This document shows, piece after piece, positions 16,472 through 26,617 of a stretch of 33,801 nucleotides of DNA. The stretch comes from a virus. Taxonomy: Duplodnaviria > Caudoviricetes. The position numbers were made by a program, and so were the translations under genes. The stretch is taken from positions 1 through 33,801 of the IMG/VR virus record IMGVR_UViG_3300049486_000043; one strand, given 5' to 3'. How positions within the stretch are numbered: position 1 is the stretch's first letter; the number at the start of each line of letters is the position of its first letter. The notes under the pieces were generated by a model. It saw only the letters and a list, made by a program, of their open reading frames with translations. It had not been told where the DNA came from and ran no database searches.

Positions 16472-17362
16472 ATGGCAACTTGGACTTTAGCAGAGATTAG
16501 AAACAAAGTTAGGCAAGTAACGGGAAGATACTCAGATGATGAGCTTTCTACTACTCAGCTTGATAATTACATTAACCAGTATTATCAGTTTACTTTTCCG
16601 GCTGAAGTTAAACTCGAAAGGCAATATCAGTATTACGAGTTTATTACTACTGCAAACCAAGCTTATTATGATCTGCCTACGAACTACACAAACCTAGTTC
16701 CTCCAGCAATCATCGATTGGCAAAGTCTGCTTTGGTACCAAGATCCCGGTTACTTTTATCAAAATAACCCTCTGCAAATACAGCAATCGATTCCTTGGAC
16801 TGGAGACGGTGTAACCGTCGCATTCAATACGACAGCTCAAGGATTTCCCATTATGCCGGGCACTTTGGTGATTACGGATAACGTGGAATATTTTGAGGAT
16901 ACAAATAAAAACTGGACAACAGCAAACGTCAACATTGTTGGAACTCTCGGCGGAACATGCCAAGTGAACTACGATACAGGCGTAATCTCGGTGACGTTTA
17001 ATACGGCTCCCGCGAATGGTCAAAACATCTACCTTACTACGGCTCTTTTCAATCCGGGAAGACCGCAAGCAGTACTGATGTTTAACAACCAGCTCCAGTT
17101 TTTCCCAGTACCGGACACGGCGTATCGATTCCAGTGCAAAGCCTATAAAGTTGTTGATCCTCTTGTAAATGCCACTGATCGTCCCCCTCTTGATGAGTGG
17201 GGACCTACTATTGCCTATGGTGCAGCAAGAAACATCATGGCAGATTTCGGCGAAAATGATGCCTACGCGGAGACAACCGCACTTTACAAAGAGCAAGTTG
17301 CTTACATCATGGTGCGCACCGAGCAAACCTTGCTAAACACGAGGAGTGCACCAGACTTTTAA
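16472..17362 (+). CDS. Putative head-tail adaptor / tail tubular protein A-like
   Basis: TLAEIRNKVR...LDNYIN N-terminal helices, GRPQAVL..FFPVPD and IAYGAA motifs; position in gene order. Confidence 0.7.
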   Translation: MATWTLAEIRNKVRQVTGRYSDDELSTTQLDNYINQYYQFTFPAEVKLERQYQYYEFITTANQAYYDLPTNYTNLVPPAIIDWQSLLWYQDPGYFYQNNPLQIQQSIPWTGDGVTVAFNTTAQGFPIMPGTLVITDNVEYFEDTNKNWTTANVNIVGTLGGTCQVNYDTGVISVTFNTAPANGQNIYLTTALFNPGRPQAVLMFNNQLQFFPVPDTAYRFQCKAYKVVDPLVNATDRPPLDEWGPTIAYGAARNIMADFGENDAYAETTALYKEQVAYIMVRTEQTLLNTRSAPDF

Positions 17363-17364
17363 AT

Positions 17365-17700
17365 ATGTATGTGGATGAAACTGGACAGTGCTGGTTCTTT
17401 GAGCCACAAAGTGGGGAATATGAAACCCGTCTTTGGAGGAAATTTATCAGCTATGACAATGAAAATCCCCAGTATTGGGAAGAGTTTGTAAAGAGAACAA
17501 AAGAATACATCGAAGCTGGTTACAAGAGAATTGGAGCAAAACTAATTATCGAGTTGATCAGATGGGATGATGAGTGTAGGAAAAACAAAATAACGGCTAA
17601 CTTTTCAAATGATTTTCACGCTTATTACGCAAGGAAGTTTGTAAAAGCGTACCCCGAGCATAAGGGATTATTTGAATTGAGACCCATAAAGAGGACATAA
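17365..17700 (+). CDS. Hypothetical non-structural-looking protein inserted in the tail module
   Basis: Charged/aromatic composition (IIELIRW, FSNDFHAYYARKF, LFELR) unlike its neighbours. Confidence 0.65.
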   Translation: MYVDETGQCWFFEPQSGEYETRLWRKFISYDNENPQYWEEFVKRTKEYIEAGYKRIGAKLIIELIRWDDECRKNKITANFSNDFHAYYARKFVKAYPEHKGLFELRPIKRT

Positions 17701-17701
17701 T

Positions 17702-18370
17702 ATGGCATGGGATACACTTCAGCCAACAAACACCACTAAGATTCGAAATCTAGGGGTTGTGATACGTCCAAATTGGGCGGCAATTCAAACAGCGGATAGC
17801 ACTTTCACGCCTGATGCGCTAAATTTCAAAAATAGAACGCCATCGGTTGTGCCTATCGATCCAGCAGCGATTGCAACTGCATACATTGCATATTGCAAAG
17901 AAGATGCGGCAGGTAACCCAGAATTATTTGGTATTTCTGCGGCGTCTGAAATCGTTCAGTTCACCAAAGCTGGAAGATTAGGCGTTGCAACTCAAGGTGT
18001 TAATGCTCTTAACTTCATTATGGATTCTACCTCCTTTACTTACGGTAAGAATCAAATGATTGTTGCTTCAGGAAGCTTTTCTGCTGCTGGAGCTTTGCTA
18101 TCTGGCGTAAATATGTCCGCTGTATCCCATCCCGGAACCGGTAGCTATAACATAGCCGTAAATGCCGACGTCTTACTCAATAGCAACTATCAAGTGATCG
18201 TCACATGTTTCAATAATGGTGCTTTTGGAGACAGCGAAAGAGTAGCAAACTTGGTTACAAAAGGTGTCCCGTCCGCTGGTAACCCAACCAATATAGCAAT
18301 TAAAATTAGAAGCGGTGGTGGTTCTTCCAACGATCAAAAATTTGACGTCATTGTAATAGGTGGTAGATGA
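17702..18370 (+). CDS. Virion structural protein (tail-associated)
   Basis: G/A/S/N-rich, C-terminal beta domain (HPGTGSYNI...FDVIVIG). Confidence 0.65.
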   Translation: MAWDTLQPTNTTKIRNLGVVIRPNWAAIQTADSTFTPDALNFKNRTPSVVPIDPAAIATAYIAYCKEDAAGNPELFGISAASEIVQFTKAGRLGVATQGVNALNFIMDSTSFTYGKNQMIVASGSFSAAGALLSGVNMSAVSHPGTGSYNIAVNADVLLNSNYQVIVTCFNNGAFGDSERVANLVTKGVPSAGNPTNIAIKIRSGGGSSNDQKFDVIVIGGR

Positions 18371-20490
18371 CATTGCAGCCGATGATCATAGCTCCTTTTC
18401 AAACTGGACTCGATACAGATATCGAGCCATGGATCGCTCCACCAGATTCGTTTGGTGAGGCAGTGAATGTCCATGTTCATCATGGATATGTCGAAAAAAG
18501 GGGTGGTTATCGCGTATTTGGTCAATTAAAGAAGACACAAACTGCCGTAAACATAGCAAATATTACCCAAGCAGCAAACGGCGTGGTCACTACAGCTGCA
18601 AACCACGGCTATTCGACTGGTGATTTAGTTTACATCGTCGGTGTAACCGGAATGACACAGGTCAACAATGAGATTTTCACAATCACTGTCACCGGATTAG
18701 CTACATTCGAATTGAATATTGATACTACGACATATGGTGCCTATGTAGCAGCTGGGACAGTAGCTAAAATCATCGATGATACTGATCGTGTCATGGGCAT
18801 AGCCCGTTACTTGCAAAGCACTGGCGAACAATTAAGCTTAGCATTTAGCCAAACGAGGGCAAATCTATATGACAGTTCGACAACGGATTACTTGCCTCTT
18901 GATTCTGCGGCAATAATGAGCGGGGGAGAGTTTGATTATGTCTGGGCAACGAACTGGCAAAGCACGGATGTAGTCAACAGACTCTATTTTACCAACGGAA
19001 AAGCGTGGGATGGTGCTAATCTTGATGGCATTCGCTACTATGACAACTCAGGGACCGGGAATGTAACCACTGCATTTAGACCCGCATTAGGTGGCGGACG
19101 CACACTTTATGGAGGAAAACTCCTATTTGTTCTAAAACAACGACTTCTTGTCTTAGGAACATTCGAATTTGATGGAGCAACTTTAAGCGCACATCCACAA
19201 AGAGCGCGTTGGTGCCAAGCCCAAGGACCTTCAAACTGGGATGATCTTACTCCTGGAGGCGGTGGATTCGTAGATGCGCCAACAGGCGACCAAATCATCA
19301 GTGCTAGATCACTTTCTGATCAAATTATCGTGTTTTTCACCAATTCTGTGTGGACTTTGCGTCCTGTTGCAGATCCTGCACTGCCATTTCGTTGGGACAA
19401 AATCAATGATTTTAGAGCTTGCGATGGCAAAATGGCATCAATTGGCTACGATCGCTTTGTTATTGCGCTTGGAATTCGAGGAATTACCGCAACAGATGGG
19501 GTTGAAACACGCAGAATCGACACAAGAATCGCTGATTTTACGACAGATGAGATCAATGTTGATCACTTTCGTAAGGTATTTTGTGAAAGAAGCTATGCAA
19601 ACCAACGGTGGTGGACTTTATATCCTCCGATCGAGGTGCAAGAAAACCAAGCAGCTTTAATATACGATGACGATTCAGCTGCATTCACTACATATGACAT
19701 CGAAATGAATTGCCTAGGCTATGGGAATTTTGCCGAAGACTTTGGACTAGATGACTTTACATCGTCCAACGATCTTGATTGGACGCTCGATGACGCCGGA
19801 GAAAACACGCTACTTGATTTCTTTTGGCAGGACAACCAAGAAACTTTGCTCGGGGGGAACATAACGGGAACGGTCTTTGTTATGGAGACTGGAGCGAGTG
19901 ACGATGGGGAAAACATTGAAACTGCGCTTGTTTCCGCTGCATGGAACCCATTTAAAGAGCAAGGCGCATGCGCTCAAATGAGTTACATCGACATCTATTT
20001 TGAAACCGATCAAAGAACTCGCCTCCAAATCGGTTTTTATAAAGACGATATGACTGATCCGTATGTGGTTCGGGACTTTGACCTTTTACCCAACCTGAAT
20101 TTCGTTGAAAACATTCAAAACGTTTCTTTGACAAATCCATGCAATATCAATTGCGCAAATAGCGGACTTATTACGGGACAAACAGTGTTTATTTACGGTG
20201 TAGACGGAACACTTCAGGTAAATGGCGGACCTTATACGATCACGGTTGTCGATGAAAATAATTTCACCTTAGACGGTATAGATGCAACAGCATTTAGCCC
20301 TTTTACCGGAGGTGGCGGCGTCTACCTAAGAGAATTCTATAAAACAAAAGTTTGGAAAAGGCTATTTGCTGGCGGTATTGGATACGAACACAGAATCAGA
20401 ATTTCATCAAGTGGCATAGATACCCCATTTAGAATCCATTCATTTAAGCCATATTTTAAACCACGTGGAAAGAGGACTATTGGAGAATGA
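18367..20490 (+). CDS. Putative tail hub / nozzle (tail tubular protein B, P22 gp10-like) with two FCCH-like inserts
   Basis: 707 aa, beta-rich, N....G.VEKRGG start, RARWCQ..P.NW, typical podovirus position. Confidence 0.75.
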   Translation: MTLQPMIIAPFQTGLDTDIEPWIAPPDSFGEAVNVHVHHGYVEKRGGYRVFGQLKKTQTAVNIANITQAANGVVTTAANHGYSTGDLVYIVGVTGMTQVNNEIFTITVTGLATFELNIDTTTYGAYVAAGTVAKIIDDTDRVMGIARYLQSTGEQLSLAFSQTRANLYDSSTTDYLPLDSAAIMSGGEFDYVWATNWQSTDVVNRLYFTNGKAWDGANLDGIRYYDNSGTGNVTTAFRPALGGGRTLYGGKLLFVLKQRLLVLGTFEFDGATLSAHPQRARWCQAQGPSNWDDLTPGGGGFVDAPTGDQIISARSLSDQIIVFFTNSVWTLRPVADPALPFRWDKINDFRACDGKMASIGYDRFVIALGIRGITATDGVETRRIDTRIADFTTDEINVDHFRKVFCERSYANQRWWTLYPPIEVQENQAALIYDDDSAAFTTYDIEMNCLGYGNFAEDFGLDDFTSSNDLDWTLDDAGENTLLDFFWQDNQETLLGGNITGTVFVMETGASDDGENIETALVSAAWNPFKEQGACAQMSYIDIYFETDQRTRLQIGFYKDDMTDPYVVRDFDLLPNLNFVENIQNVSLTNPCNINCANSGLITGQTVFIYGVDGTLQVNGGPYTITVVDENNFTLDGIDATAFSPFTGGGGVYLREFYKTKVWKRLFAGGIGYEHRIRISSSGIDTPFRIHSFKPYFKPRGKRTIGE

Positions 20491-21044
20491 CGCTTCCAAC
20501 CAATAACGTTTATCCTCTAGTCACGACTTTTAGAAGCGTAGATGACATTAATAAATATCTTCGAGATCTAGTTTTTGCTCTCGAAGATAGAGACGTTCAG
20601 CTAGCAGATGCGACAAACGGAGATATCCGAGGAAGCGCATTTCAGCAGAGAGAAAAGTGGACTCCCATATTAAAAGGGGTTACCACAGCAGGAACATTTA
20701 CCTACACCCACCAAGTGGGATGGGTATTTAGACAAGGGCTCATTGTTGACGTATGGTTTGACATTTTGTGGACCGCACAAGCAGGAGCAGCAGGAAATCT
20801 ATACGTAGAACTTCCATATAAAGTCGCGTTAAGCGATGGAAAACCTTTCGTAGGACCCCTGCAAACAGCGACGATAGCGTATGGAGCTGGGCAAACTGTC
20901 TTAACGATCAATGCAATTCCTTCAACATTTAGAGGGGAAATTTGGTCGTCTGGATCAGCAGCAGCCACAGCGAACATTGCAGTCGCGGCAGCAGGGCAAC
21001 TGATAGGACATGTGAGATACATAGGAGTTGCAGATGAGCGATGA
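20487..21044 (+). CDS. Tail-associated protein (needle/short-fibre-like)
   Basis: N-terminal helix, then WTPIL.G....G...Y..QVG...R.G..V.V.F...LP fibre-tip-type domain. Confidence 0.6.
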   Translation: MTLPTNNVYPLVTTFRSVDDINKYLRDLVFALEDRDVQLADATNGDIRGSAFQQREKWTPILKGVTTAGTFTYTHQVGWVFRQGLIVDVWFDILWTAQAGAAGNLYVELPYKVALSDGKPFVGPLQTATIAYGAGQTVLTINAIPSTFRGEIWSSGSAAATANIAVAAAGQLIGHVRYIGVADER

Positions 21045-21642
21045 AAAAGACATTAAGGACTTGAGATGGATAAGAATTTTTACACCTATTCATATCCCAA
21101 AGTACCTGATTGAACAAATAAAAGACCGCGATTGGAAAGTGGATGATTATATTCGCTACCACGAGCTTAACTGTGTTACCGAGAAGGAAGGTCAGCAGAC
21201 TTTAAACCCCTTTTCTCACCTGTATGTCTTGGTAAACGAGCAGAACATAACAAAGGGCTTCTTGTGGTTTACAGTTGAGCCTTTGACAAAAGATATTTGC
21301 ATCCAGAATTACTCAATAGACAAAGAATATTGGGGAAAAGGGAGAGCGGTAGAAAAGCTGGCTGAACACATAAAATTTATTAAGAAAAAAGGCAATCTTA
21401 ATAAAGTTTATTGGATAACAAATTATCCAAAACATAGCCAGAAATATGGTTTTAAACAATCCAAAAGCGTATTAATGGAATATACGGAGGAACAAGATGG
21501 GCAAAACATTCACGGGGGGAGCAACACACGAAAAGAACATCAACATGTTGACCCCAGAACAAACCCAATTTCTGAGCAGTGTGCTCGGGGGAGTGGGGGG
21601 ACAAGCGGGGCAAGCATACCAGCAGTTCTTGCAGCCGTATAG
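21034..21642 (+). CDS. GNAT-like protein preceding the ejection genes
   Basis: ATG at 21034 after AGGAG; KGFLWF, SIDKEYWGKG (acetyl-CoA motif A-like), KYGFKQ. Confidence 0.6.
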   Translation: MSDEKDIKDLRWIRIFTPIHIPKYLIEQIKDRDWKVDDYIRYHELNCVTEKEGQQTLNPFSHLYVLVNEQNITKGFLWFTVEPLTKDICIQNYSIDKEYWGKGRAVEKLAEHIKFIKKKGNLNKVYWITNYPKHSQKYGFKQSKSVLMEYTEEQDGQNIHGGSNTRKEHQHVDPRTNPISEQCARGSGGTSGASIPAVLAAV

Positions 21643-22258
21643 TCCTGAACAGTATCAAGATGTTTTTAATAAAGCTGTTGTTGATCCAACGATGAAACAG
21701 TACAACCAACAAGTTGTACCATCCATCCAACAGAGATTCGTAGATGCTAACGCCGGAGCTTCCTCCGCATTGAATCAGGCACTCGGTAAGAGTGCTGAAG
21801 ATTTAGGAACAATGCTAGGTAGTCAGTATTTGAATTTCTTTAATCAACAGCAAGCAAACACTCTCTCTGCATTAAGCGGTCTTGGGGGATTAGCAGGTCA
21901 GCAAACATTTACACCGCTTGTAAGTCAGAACCAAGGAATTCTTGGACCTCTTATTCAAGCAGGCGGACAAATCGGAGCTGCTGCCGCAATGTCTTCTGAG
22001 AAAGTTAAAGAAAATGTCAGACCTTATGAAAAGGGACTCGATGTAATTAAAGATCTTGAGGTTAAGATTTATGATTATATCTCTGAAGTAGGCGGAGCAA
22101 AAGACAAAGTGGGAGTGATAGCAGAAAAAGTGCCTAAGGAAATCCAAGGTGAAATCCAAGGTATTAAAGCTGTCGATCTTTACGGTCTTGTTGGTTTGCT
22201 TATCAATTCCGTCAAGGAGTTGAACGAAAGAATCGTACAACTTGAGGAGGCAATTTAA
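21497..22258 (+). CDS. Putative DNA ejection/pilot protein with C-terminal peptidase S74-like autocleaving chaperone domain
   Basis: G/Q/A-rich helical N-terminus; SSEKVKENV...GVIAEKV...VDLYGLVGLLINSVKEL C-terminus. Confidence 0.75.
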   Translation: MGKTFTGGATHEKNINMLTPEQTQFLSSVLGGVGGQAGQAYQQFLQPYSPEQYQDVFNKAVVDPTMKQYNQQVVPSIQQRFVDANAGASSALNQALGKSAEDLGTMLGSQYLNFFNQQQANTLSALSGLGGLAGQQTFTPLVSQNQGILGPLIQAGGQIGAAAAMSSEKVKENVRPYEKGLDVIKDLEVKIYDYISEVGGAKDKVGVIAEKVPKEIQGEIQGIKAVDLYGLVGLLINSVKELNERIVQLEEAI

Positions 22259-23625
22259 TGCCAGCACCCATTGTTTATCAAAAAGATGCCGCACTTGTTG
22301 AAGGTATCCGAGGCGCCGGATCAGCGTTTGCACAAGCTCTTGCTCAAAGAAATTTGGAGCAAAAAGAGCTACAAAAGCAAGAAAAAGAGCGTGATCGCTA
22401 TAAGCAATCGGGTGGAGTTCTAAACGAGATTTTATCGGCACTTCCTCAAGATGCAACACCGGAGCAATATCAAAATGCTCTAACGTTAGCTATCCAAAAG
22501 GGAGTACCGCTGGAGTTAGTAAAACAGGCATCCGATTTATATAAGCCCATTTTGCAAGAAAGAGCTAAACAAGCCGGAGCGCAAAATTTCTTCAGTAGTA
22601 TTTTTGGCAATCAAGCAGGTGGTGTGCCAAGTATGTCACCAATGACAGCACCTCCTATGGGACAAACAAGTTTGCCAATAGATCAAGGCTCTCCAGCTTA
22701 TGAGCTTCCTAATGCTCAAATCGCACCGCCTATGATTCCGGGAGTTGAAACACAGCCGCAACCACAAACTCAGCCAAGAGGCTTTGATATCACCACGACT
22801 TCAATGGATAACCTAATGAAGTTGATGGCTAGCCCATACAAGCAACATCAAAATCTGGCTGAAGCAGAGATCCGAAGACGTGAAATAGAAGACAAAAAAT
22901 TCATTGAGGAAAGGAAGTATCATACTAAAGGAGCCGAGTCCGCTCAACAAGATGCGAATACTTTGAGAAAATCTATTCGTGGAAAAGAAGGAGCGCTTCA
23001 ATTAGCCCGCCAAGCGATCGAAACAGGTGAGACGGGTCCGCTTTCTTGGGCAAATATTTCACAGAGATTAGGTTATCCTGAGTTGATGAATCAGGCAGGC
23101 ACCGAGCTTACTCAAGCAGGAAAAGAATTCTTCTTCGGTAACATGCAAAAAGTCTCTGCTAAAGCGCAGAACCAATGGCTTGAGCAAAGAATCACTAAAT
23201 TGGCTGCTGAAGTTGGAGACCCAAGAATTTCAGCCCTTACAAAGCAAACAATGCTTGAGGGAGAACTTGATCTCGATAAGGCATACTTAGATGCTTATGA
23301 TCGTCTTGCAAAAGAAGACATGCAGAAATACAAGTACGTGAAAAACGATATCGAAGAAAGAGCCTACAACGAGTCGCAAGCACAAGCGGAAAAAATACTT
23401 GAGAAGGTTGCCTTCCGAACACGTTCCCTTTATGAAGAAGAGAAGGGAGCAGACTGGCTCCTGAAAAATGCCTTGAAAAAAGTTCCTAAAGGAACGGTTT
23501 TAACTCCTAAAATGGCAAAAGTTCTCGCTTCAAAATATGAAGGCGACTTCAAAAAAGCAGTGGAAAACGCTAAAAAGTTGGGATACACAATCCCAAGCAG
23601 AAGTGAGGTGGAAGAATGGCAGTAA
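22258..23625 (+). CDS. Putative internal virion / DNA ejection protein
   Basis: Helical and Q/A/E/K-rich; podovirus gene order. Confidence 0.65.
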   Translation: MPAPIVYQKDAALVEGIRGAGSAFAQALAQRNLEQKELQKQEKERDRYKQSGGVLNEILSALPQDATPEQYQNALTLAIQKGVPLELVKQASDLYKPILQERAKQAGAQNFFSSIFGNQAGGVPSMSPMTAPPMGQTSLPIDQGSPAYELPNAQIAPPMIPGVETQPQPQTQPRGFDITTTSMDNLMKLMASPYKQHQNLAEAEIRRREIEDKKFIEERKYHTKGAESAQQDANTLRKSIRGKEGALQLARQAIETGETGPLSWANISQRLGYPELMNQAGTELTQAGKEFFFGNMQKVSAKAQNQWLEQRITKLAAEVGDPRISALTKQTMLEGELDLDKAYLDAYDRLAKEDMQKYKYVKNDIEERAYNESQAQAEKILEKVAFRTRSLYEEEKGADWLLKNALKKVPKGTVLTPKMAKVLASKYEGDFKKAVENAKKLGYTIPSRSEVEEWQ

Positions 23626-24944
23626 ATAAATATGCTCCCACAGAAGAAGAACTTGATTTCATGGAGTATTCTGTTAAAGAAGCTCCTAAAGAGAAAACTG
23701 TGCCATGGTACAAGTCATATCCATCAGCTGCCGCACAAGCTGTACTTGAAGGAGTCATAAGCGTTGGCGAAATGATGGGTCCAACAGGAACACCAATGGA
23801 ACGCCAGCAAGCTAGAGAAAGCAGACAAAAGCTTTATGAAGAATACTTACCTACTGGAGATAGTTATGGTCCAAATGCCATAAAAAGAGGTGGTAAAACA
23901 GCTGTAGAATCTTTGGCATTTCCGGGAGCTGGTTTAGCAACCGCAGGTCGTGCTTTATTAGGTGGTGCACTCGCTGAAGGAGCTAAGGAATTAGGAGCTC
24001 CTGAAATTGTCCAAACTGGAATTGAGATTGGAACTCAGTTAACTCCTAATTTATCTAAGAAAATCCCCAACAAACTTCCGACTCAAGCTGCTGCAAAAGA
24101 AAGACAGCTAATGGAAGAAGCCAGACGTTTAGGTCTAACTGAAGAAGAGCTAGCGCTTACCTTAAATCAAAGAGGACCAGCAAAGGACTTTTTAGTTGAT
24201 ATCTCCGCTAAAGGTGGTCGTGTTAAGGAGAGATTTGATAACACACGCCAAGCATTGGGAAGAGTTTGGGAAAATCTTCGTGGATCTCCTGATGCCCAAA
24301 AAACTCTCACTGGGCAGCAATCTTCTCAGCTGATCAATGGCATGTCAAAGAAACTTGCAAATCTACCAGCAGAACAGAGAACCAGAATACTCCAAGACTA
24401 CAACGATTTTCTCGGTTCACAGATGAGAGGTGAAGATGTCATCGACTTTTGGCAGAAGATGAATTACTACATCAATAAAGGCGAAGGAAAGCTTGGCACA
24501 TTGAAAGAAGATTTACAATCAGCGTTAATGCAGATCTCCCCAGAACTAGGAAAAGATTTCAAAATCACAAATGAGCTCTATGGAAACTTCCATAAATTAG
24601 CTGAAAGAATGGGACCAAATATTGCAGAAAGCTTGATTCATGCTGGTGAGCAAGGAATCGTAGTTTCGGCGATTACCTCTGGAAATTATCCTCTTTTACA
24701 AAAGGTATTAGGTCCTCTGGCAGCAAGGCAACTTGCAACAGAGATGACGACGAATCCTAGAATGATGAATCTTTCTAGCCGATTTATCAACTCTCTTGAG
24801 AGGGGATTACCAGTGGTTGCAAAAAAAGTGTATGAACAAATGCTCATTGAAGTTGGCAAAACAAATGCCGAAGCTGCAATGAAGATGTCAAATTTGGATT
24901 TAGACAATCTGTTTGAGGCATTAGATCAAGAAAATCAAGATTAA
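23616..24944 (+). CDS. Putative internal virion / DNA ejection protein
   Basis: Helical with Gly/Ala hydrophobic stretch (PGAGLATAGRALLGGALA); gene order. Confidence 0.65.
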   Translation: MAVNKYAPTEEELDFMEYSVKEAPKEKTVPWYKSYPSAAAQAVLEGVISVGEMMGPTGTPMERQQARESRQKLYEEYLPTGDSYGPNAIKRGGKTAVESLAFPGAGLATAGRALLGGALAEGAKELGAPEIVQTGIEIGTQLTPNLSKKIPNKLPTQAAAKERQLMEEARRLGLTEEELALTLNQRGPAKDFLVDISAKGGRVKERFDNTRQALGRVWENLRGSPDAQKTLTGQQSSQLINGMSKKLANLPAEQRTRILQDYNDFLGSQMRGEDVIDFWQKMNYYINKGEGKLGTLKEDLQSALMQISPELGKDFKITNELYGNFHKLAERMGPNIAESLIHAGEQGIVVSAITSGNYPLLQKVLGPLAARQLATEMTTNPRMMNLSSRFINSLERGLPVVAKKVYEQMLIEVGKTNAEAAMKMSNLDLDNLFEALDQENQD

Positions 24945-24959
24945 CAATAGGAGGAAACT

Positions 24960-25715
24960 ATGGCAAATTTTAACCCACTTGGCTACACGGGAAAGGTCCC
25001 AGCTAGCTTAACACGTCTTGGCGTGTGTCAATTCAATCCAGTCGATTTTTCAGTTAGCGAAGACGGTGTCGTTTCGCTTGGCGGAACAGGAGCAGTACAA
25101 ACAATTAACTCGCTTCTTCCAACAGCTGGAAACATTGTGATTGCAGGTACAGCATTACAAATTACGGTATCAAATGCCGGTTCGACGGTAACGTTATCTC
25201 TACCAGCAGCTATAACAACTCCCGGATCGTTGACAACTACATCAACTCTCGGAGCTGGAACATCTTTATCAGCTGGTACGACAATTACCGCAGGTACAGG
25301 AATAACCTCTATTACAGGAAACATTGTTGCAACTGCTGGAAACGTCACAGCTGGCGCAGCAATGTCGGCTACAACTACTGTAACTGCCGGAACAGATTTA
25401 GTCTCGACAGCAGGTAACGTTTTAATCCAAGGGGCTGCTAAGCAATTACGCGTAGAAGGCGGCGCCGTCACTGACTTTATCGGACAAGCAACGCTAGTAG
25501 CTGGAACAGCAACTATTGCAAATACGAATATTGCCGCTGGGGACAGAGTTTTTGTATCCAGAAGCGATGTAAACGGTTCAACCGCTCTTGGTGTATTTGA
25601 TATCTCAATTACTCCAGCAACATCGTTTACAATCGATGCAAGAAACCCAACTGATGCAACAGTTCAAACAAATGATGTGTCTATCGTTGATTACTTCATC
25701 GTGCGTCAACTTTAA
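24960..25715 (+). CDS. Fibre-like virion protein
   Basis: T/A/G-rich ~6-residue repeats (TAGTGI, TAGTDL) suggesting a beta helix; GQATLVAGTATIAN tip domain. Confidence 0.7.
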   Translation: MANFNPLGYTGKVPASLTRLGVCQFNPVDFSVSEDGVVSLGGTGAVQTINSLLPTAGNIVIAGTALQITVSNAGSTVTLSLPAAITTPGSLTTTSTLGAGTSLSAGTTITAGTGITSITGNIVATAGNVTAGAAMSATTTVTAGTDLVSTAGNVLIQGAAKQLRVEGGAVTDFIGQATLVAGTATIANTNIAAGDRVFVSRSDVNGSTALGVFDISITPATSFTIDARNPTDATVQTNDVSIVDYFIVRQL

Positions 25716-25727
25716 TAGGGGGCTGTC

Positions 25728-26051
25728 ATGGCGGAATTTTTAGGATTTGAGCTAAAAGAATTTGATACGGCGACATTGACTGGATCATTCCAGAACTATG
25801 GATCAGCTTTGTCAAATGCTGGGCGATCAGCTGAATTTATTAACACTTCGACTGTCGATGTGTATATCACCGTGGACGGAACGAACAATGCCTTAAGAGT
25901 TCCAGCAGGTAAATCAGTTTCAGTTCCATCTTATCCTCAACATAATTCTTTAAACGAAGGAGCATTTGTCCTACGAAAAGGAGTTCAGTTGAAGGTAAAA
26001 CAAGTAACTGCCGCTGCCGCTGGAGCTTTAATTGGGCATATATACACATGA
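25728..26051 (+). CDS. Small beta-rich virion protein
   Basis: AGGGGG RBS; ORF track; in tail module. Confidence 0.65.
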   Translation: MAEFLGFELKEFDTATLTGSFQNYGSALSNAGRSAEFINTSTVDVYITVDGTNNALRVPAGKSVSVPSYPQHNSLNEGAFVLRKGVQLKVKQVTAAAAGALIGHIYT

Positions 26052-26057
26052 GGTACT

Positions 26058-26609
26058 ATGACAAATAGAGCAGTGCAAAATAGACCAATGAAATTTGGGG
26101 AGCGAGATAGACGAGAGTTTATCGTTCAAGATTCCGAAGTTTCAGTGATTGCCATTAACAACTCTAGTGGAAGTCCAGTCTTCTTAGGAAGAGCTAAGGT
26201 TGGCGTCCAAGAGAGTGAAGAAAAATGGCAAATTAGAAAGATTACCTATGATGACAATGAAGGCGTCACTCGAATCGAATGGGCTCAAAATGACGAGGGC
26301 AATGCTTCCTCTGAATACGAGTTTGCTTGGTCGTCTGTTTCTACATTGACTATCACTGGTATCACGCAAGCTAACCCAGCTGTTGTGACAGTTTCTTCCA
26401 TCGGAGCCCTTCAAAATGGTGATCTCGTAGTCATTACCGGCGTTGCTGGAATGACAGAGGTGAATTTTGATGGACCGAATATCTATACGGTAGCTGGAAT
26501 TGCAGGCGCAACATTTCAACTTCAGGGGATAGACTCTACTGCTTTTGGTGCTTATACATCAGGCGGAACAGTCGACCTTGGAGACTTTTTAACCTATACG
26601 TATTCGTGA
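26058..26609 (+). CDS. Tail protein with C-terminal FCCH-like domain
   Basis: FLGRA..G......WQIRKITY N-terminal motif; ITGITQANPAVVTV...GVAGMTEVN...IDSTAFGAYTSGG. Confidence 0.7.
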   Translation: MTNRAVQNRPMKFGERDRREFIVQDSEVSVIAINNSSGSPVFLGRAKVGVQESEEKWQIRKITYDDNEGVTRIEWAQNDEGNASSEYEFAWSSVSTLTITGITQANPAVVTVSSIGALQNGDLVVITGVAGMTEVNFDGPNIYTVAGIAGATFQLQGIDSTAFGAYTSGGTVDLGDFLTYTYS

Positions 26610-26617
26610 GGATATAG

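Noticed and set aside
16694-17326. Long antisense ORFs (this one, 21890..22459, 25028..25471, 12930..13373 and similar)
   Set aside because: Shadows of well-supported plus-strand genes, without RBS or recognisable motifs.
18600-18606. Isolated AAACCAC or GCTACAC hits inside coding regions (e.g. near 13657, 18600, 20458, 24982)
   Set aside because: Single boxes without the partner box in a leader context; compatible with chance.
22139-22162. Perfect 12-bp tandem duplication GAAATCCAAGGT x2
   Set aside because: In-frame EIQG-EIQG in a loop of the S74-like domain; two copies only, no evidence of function.
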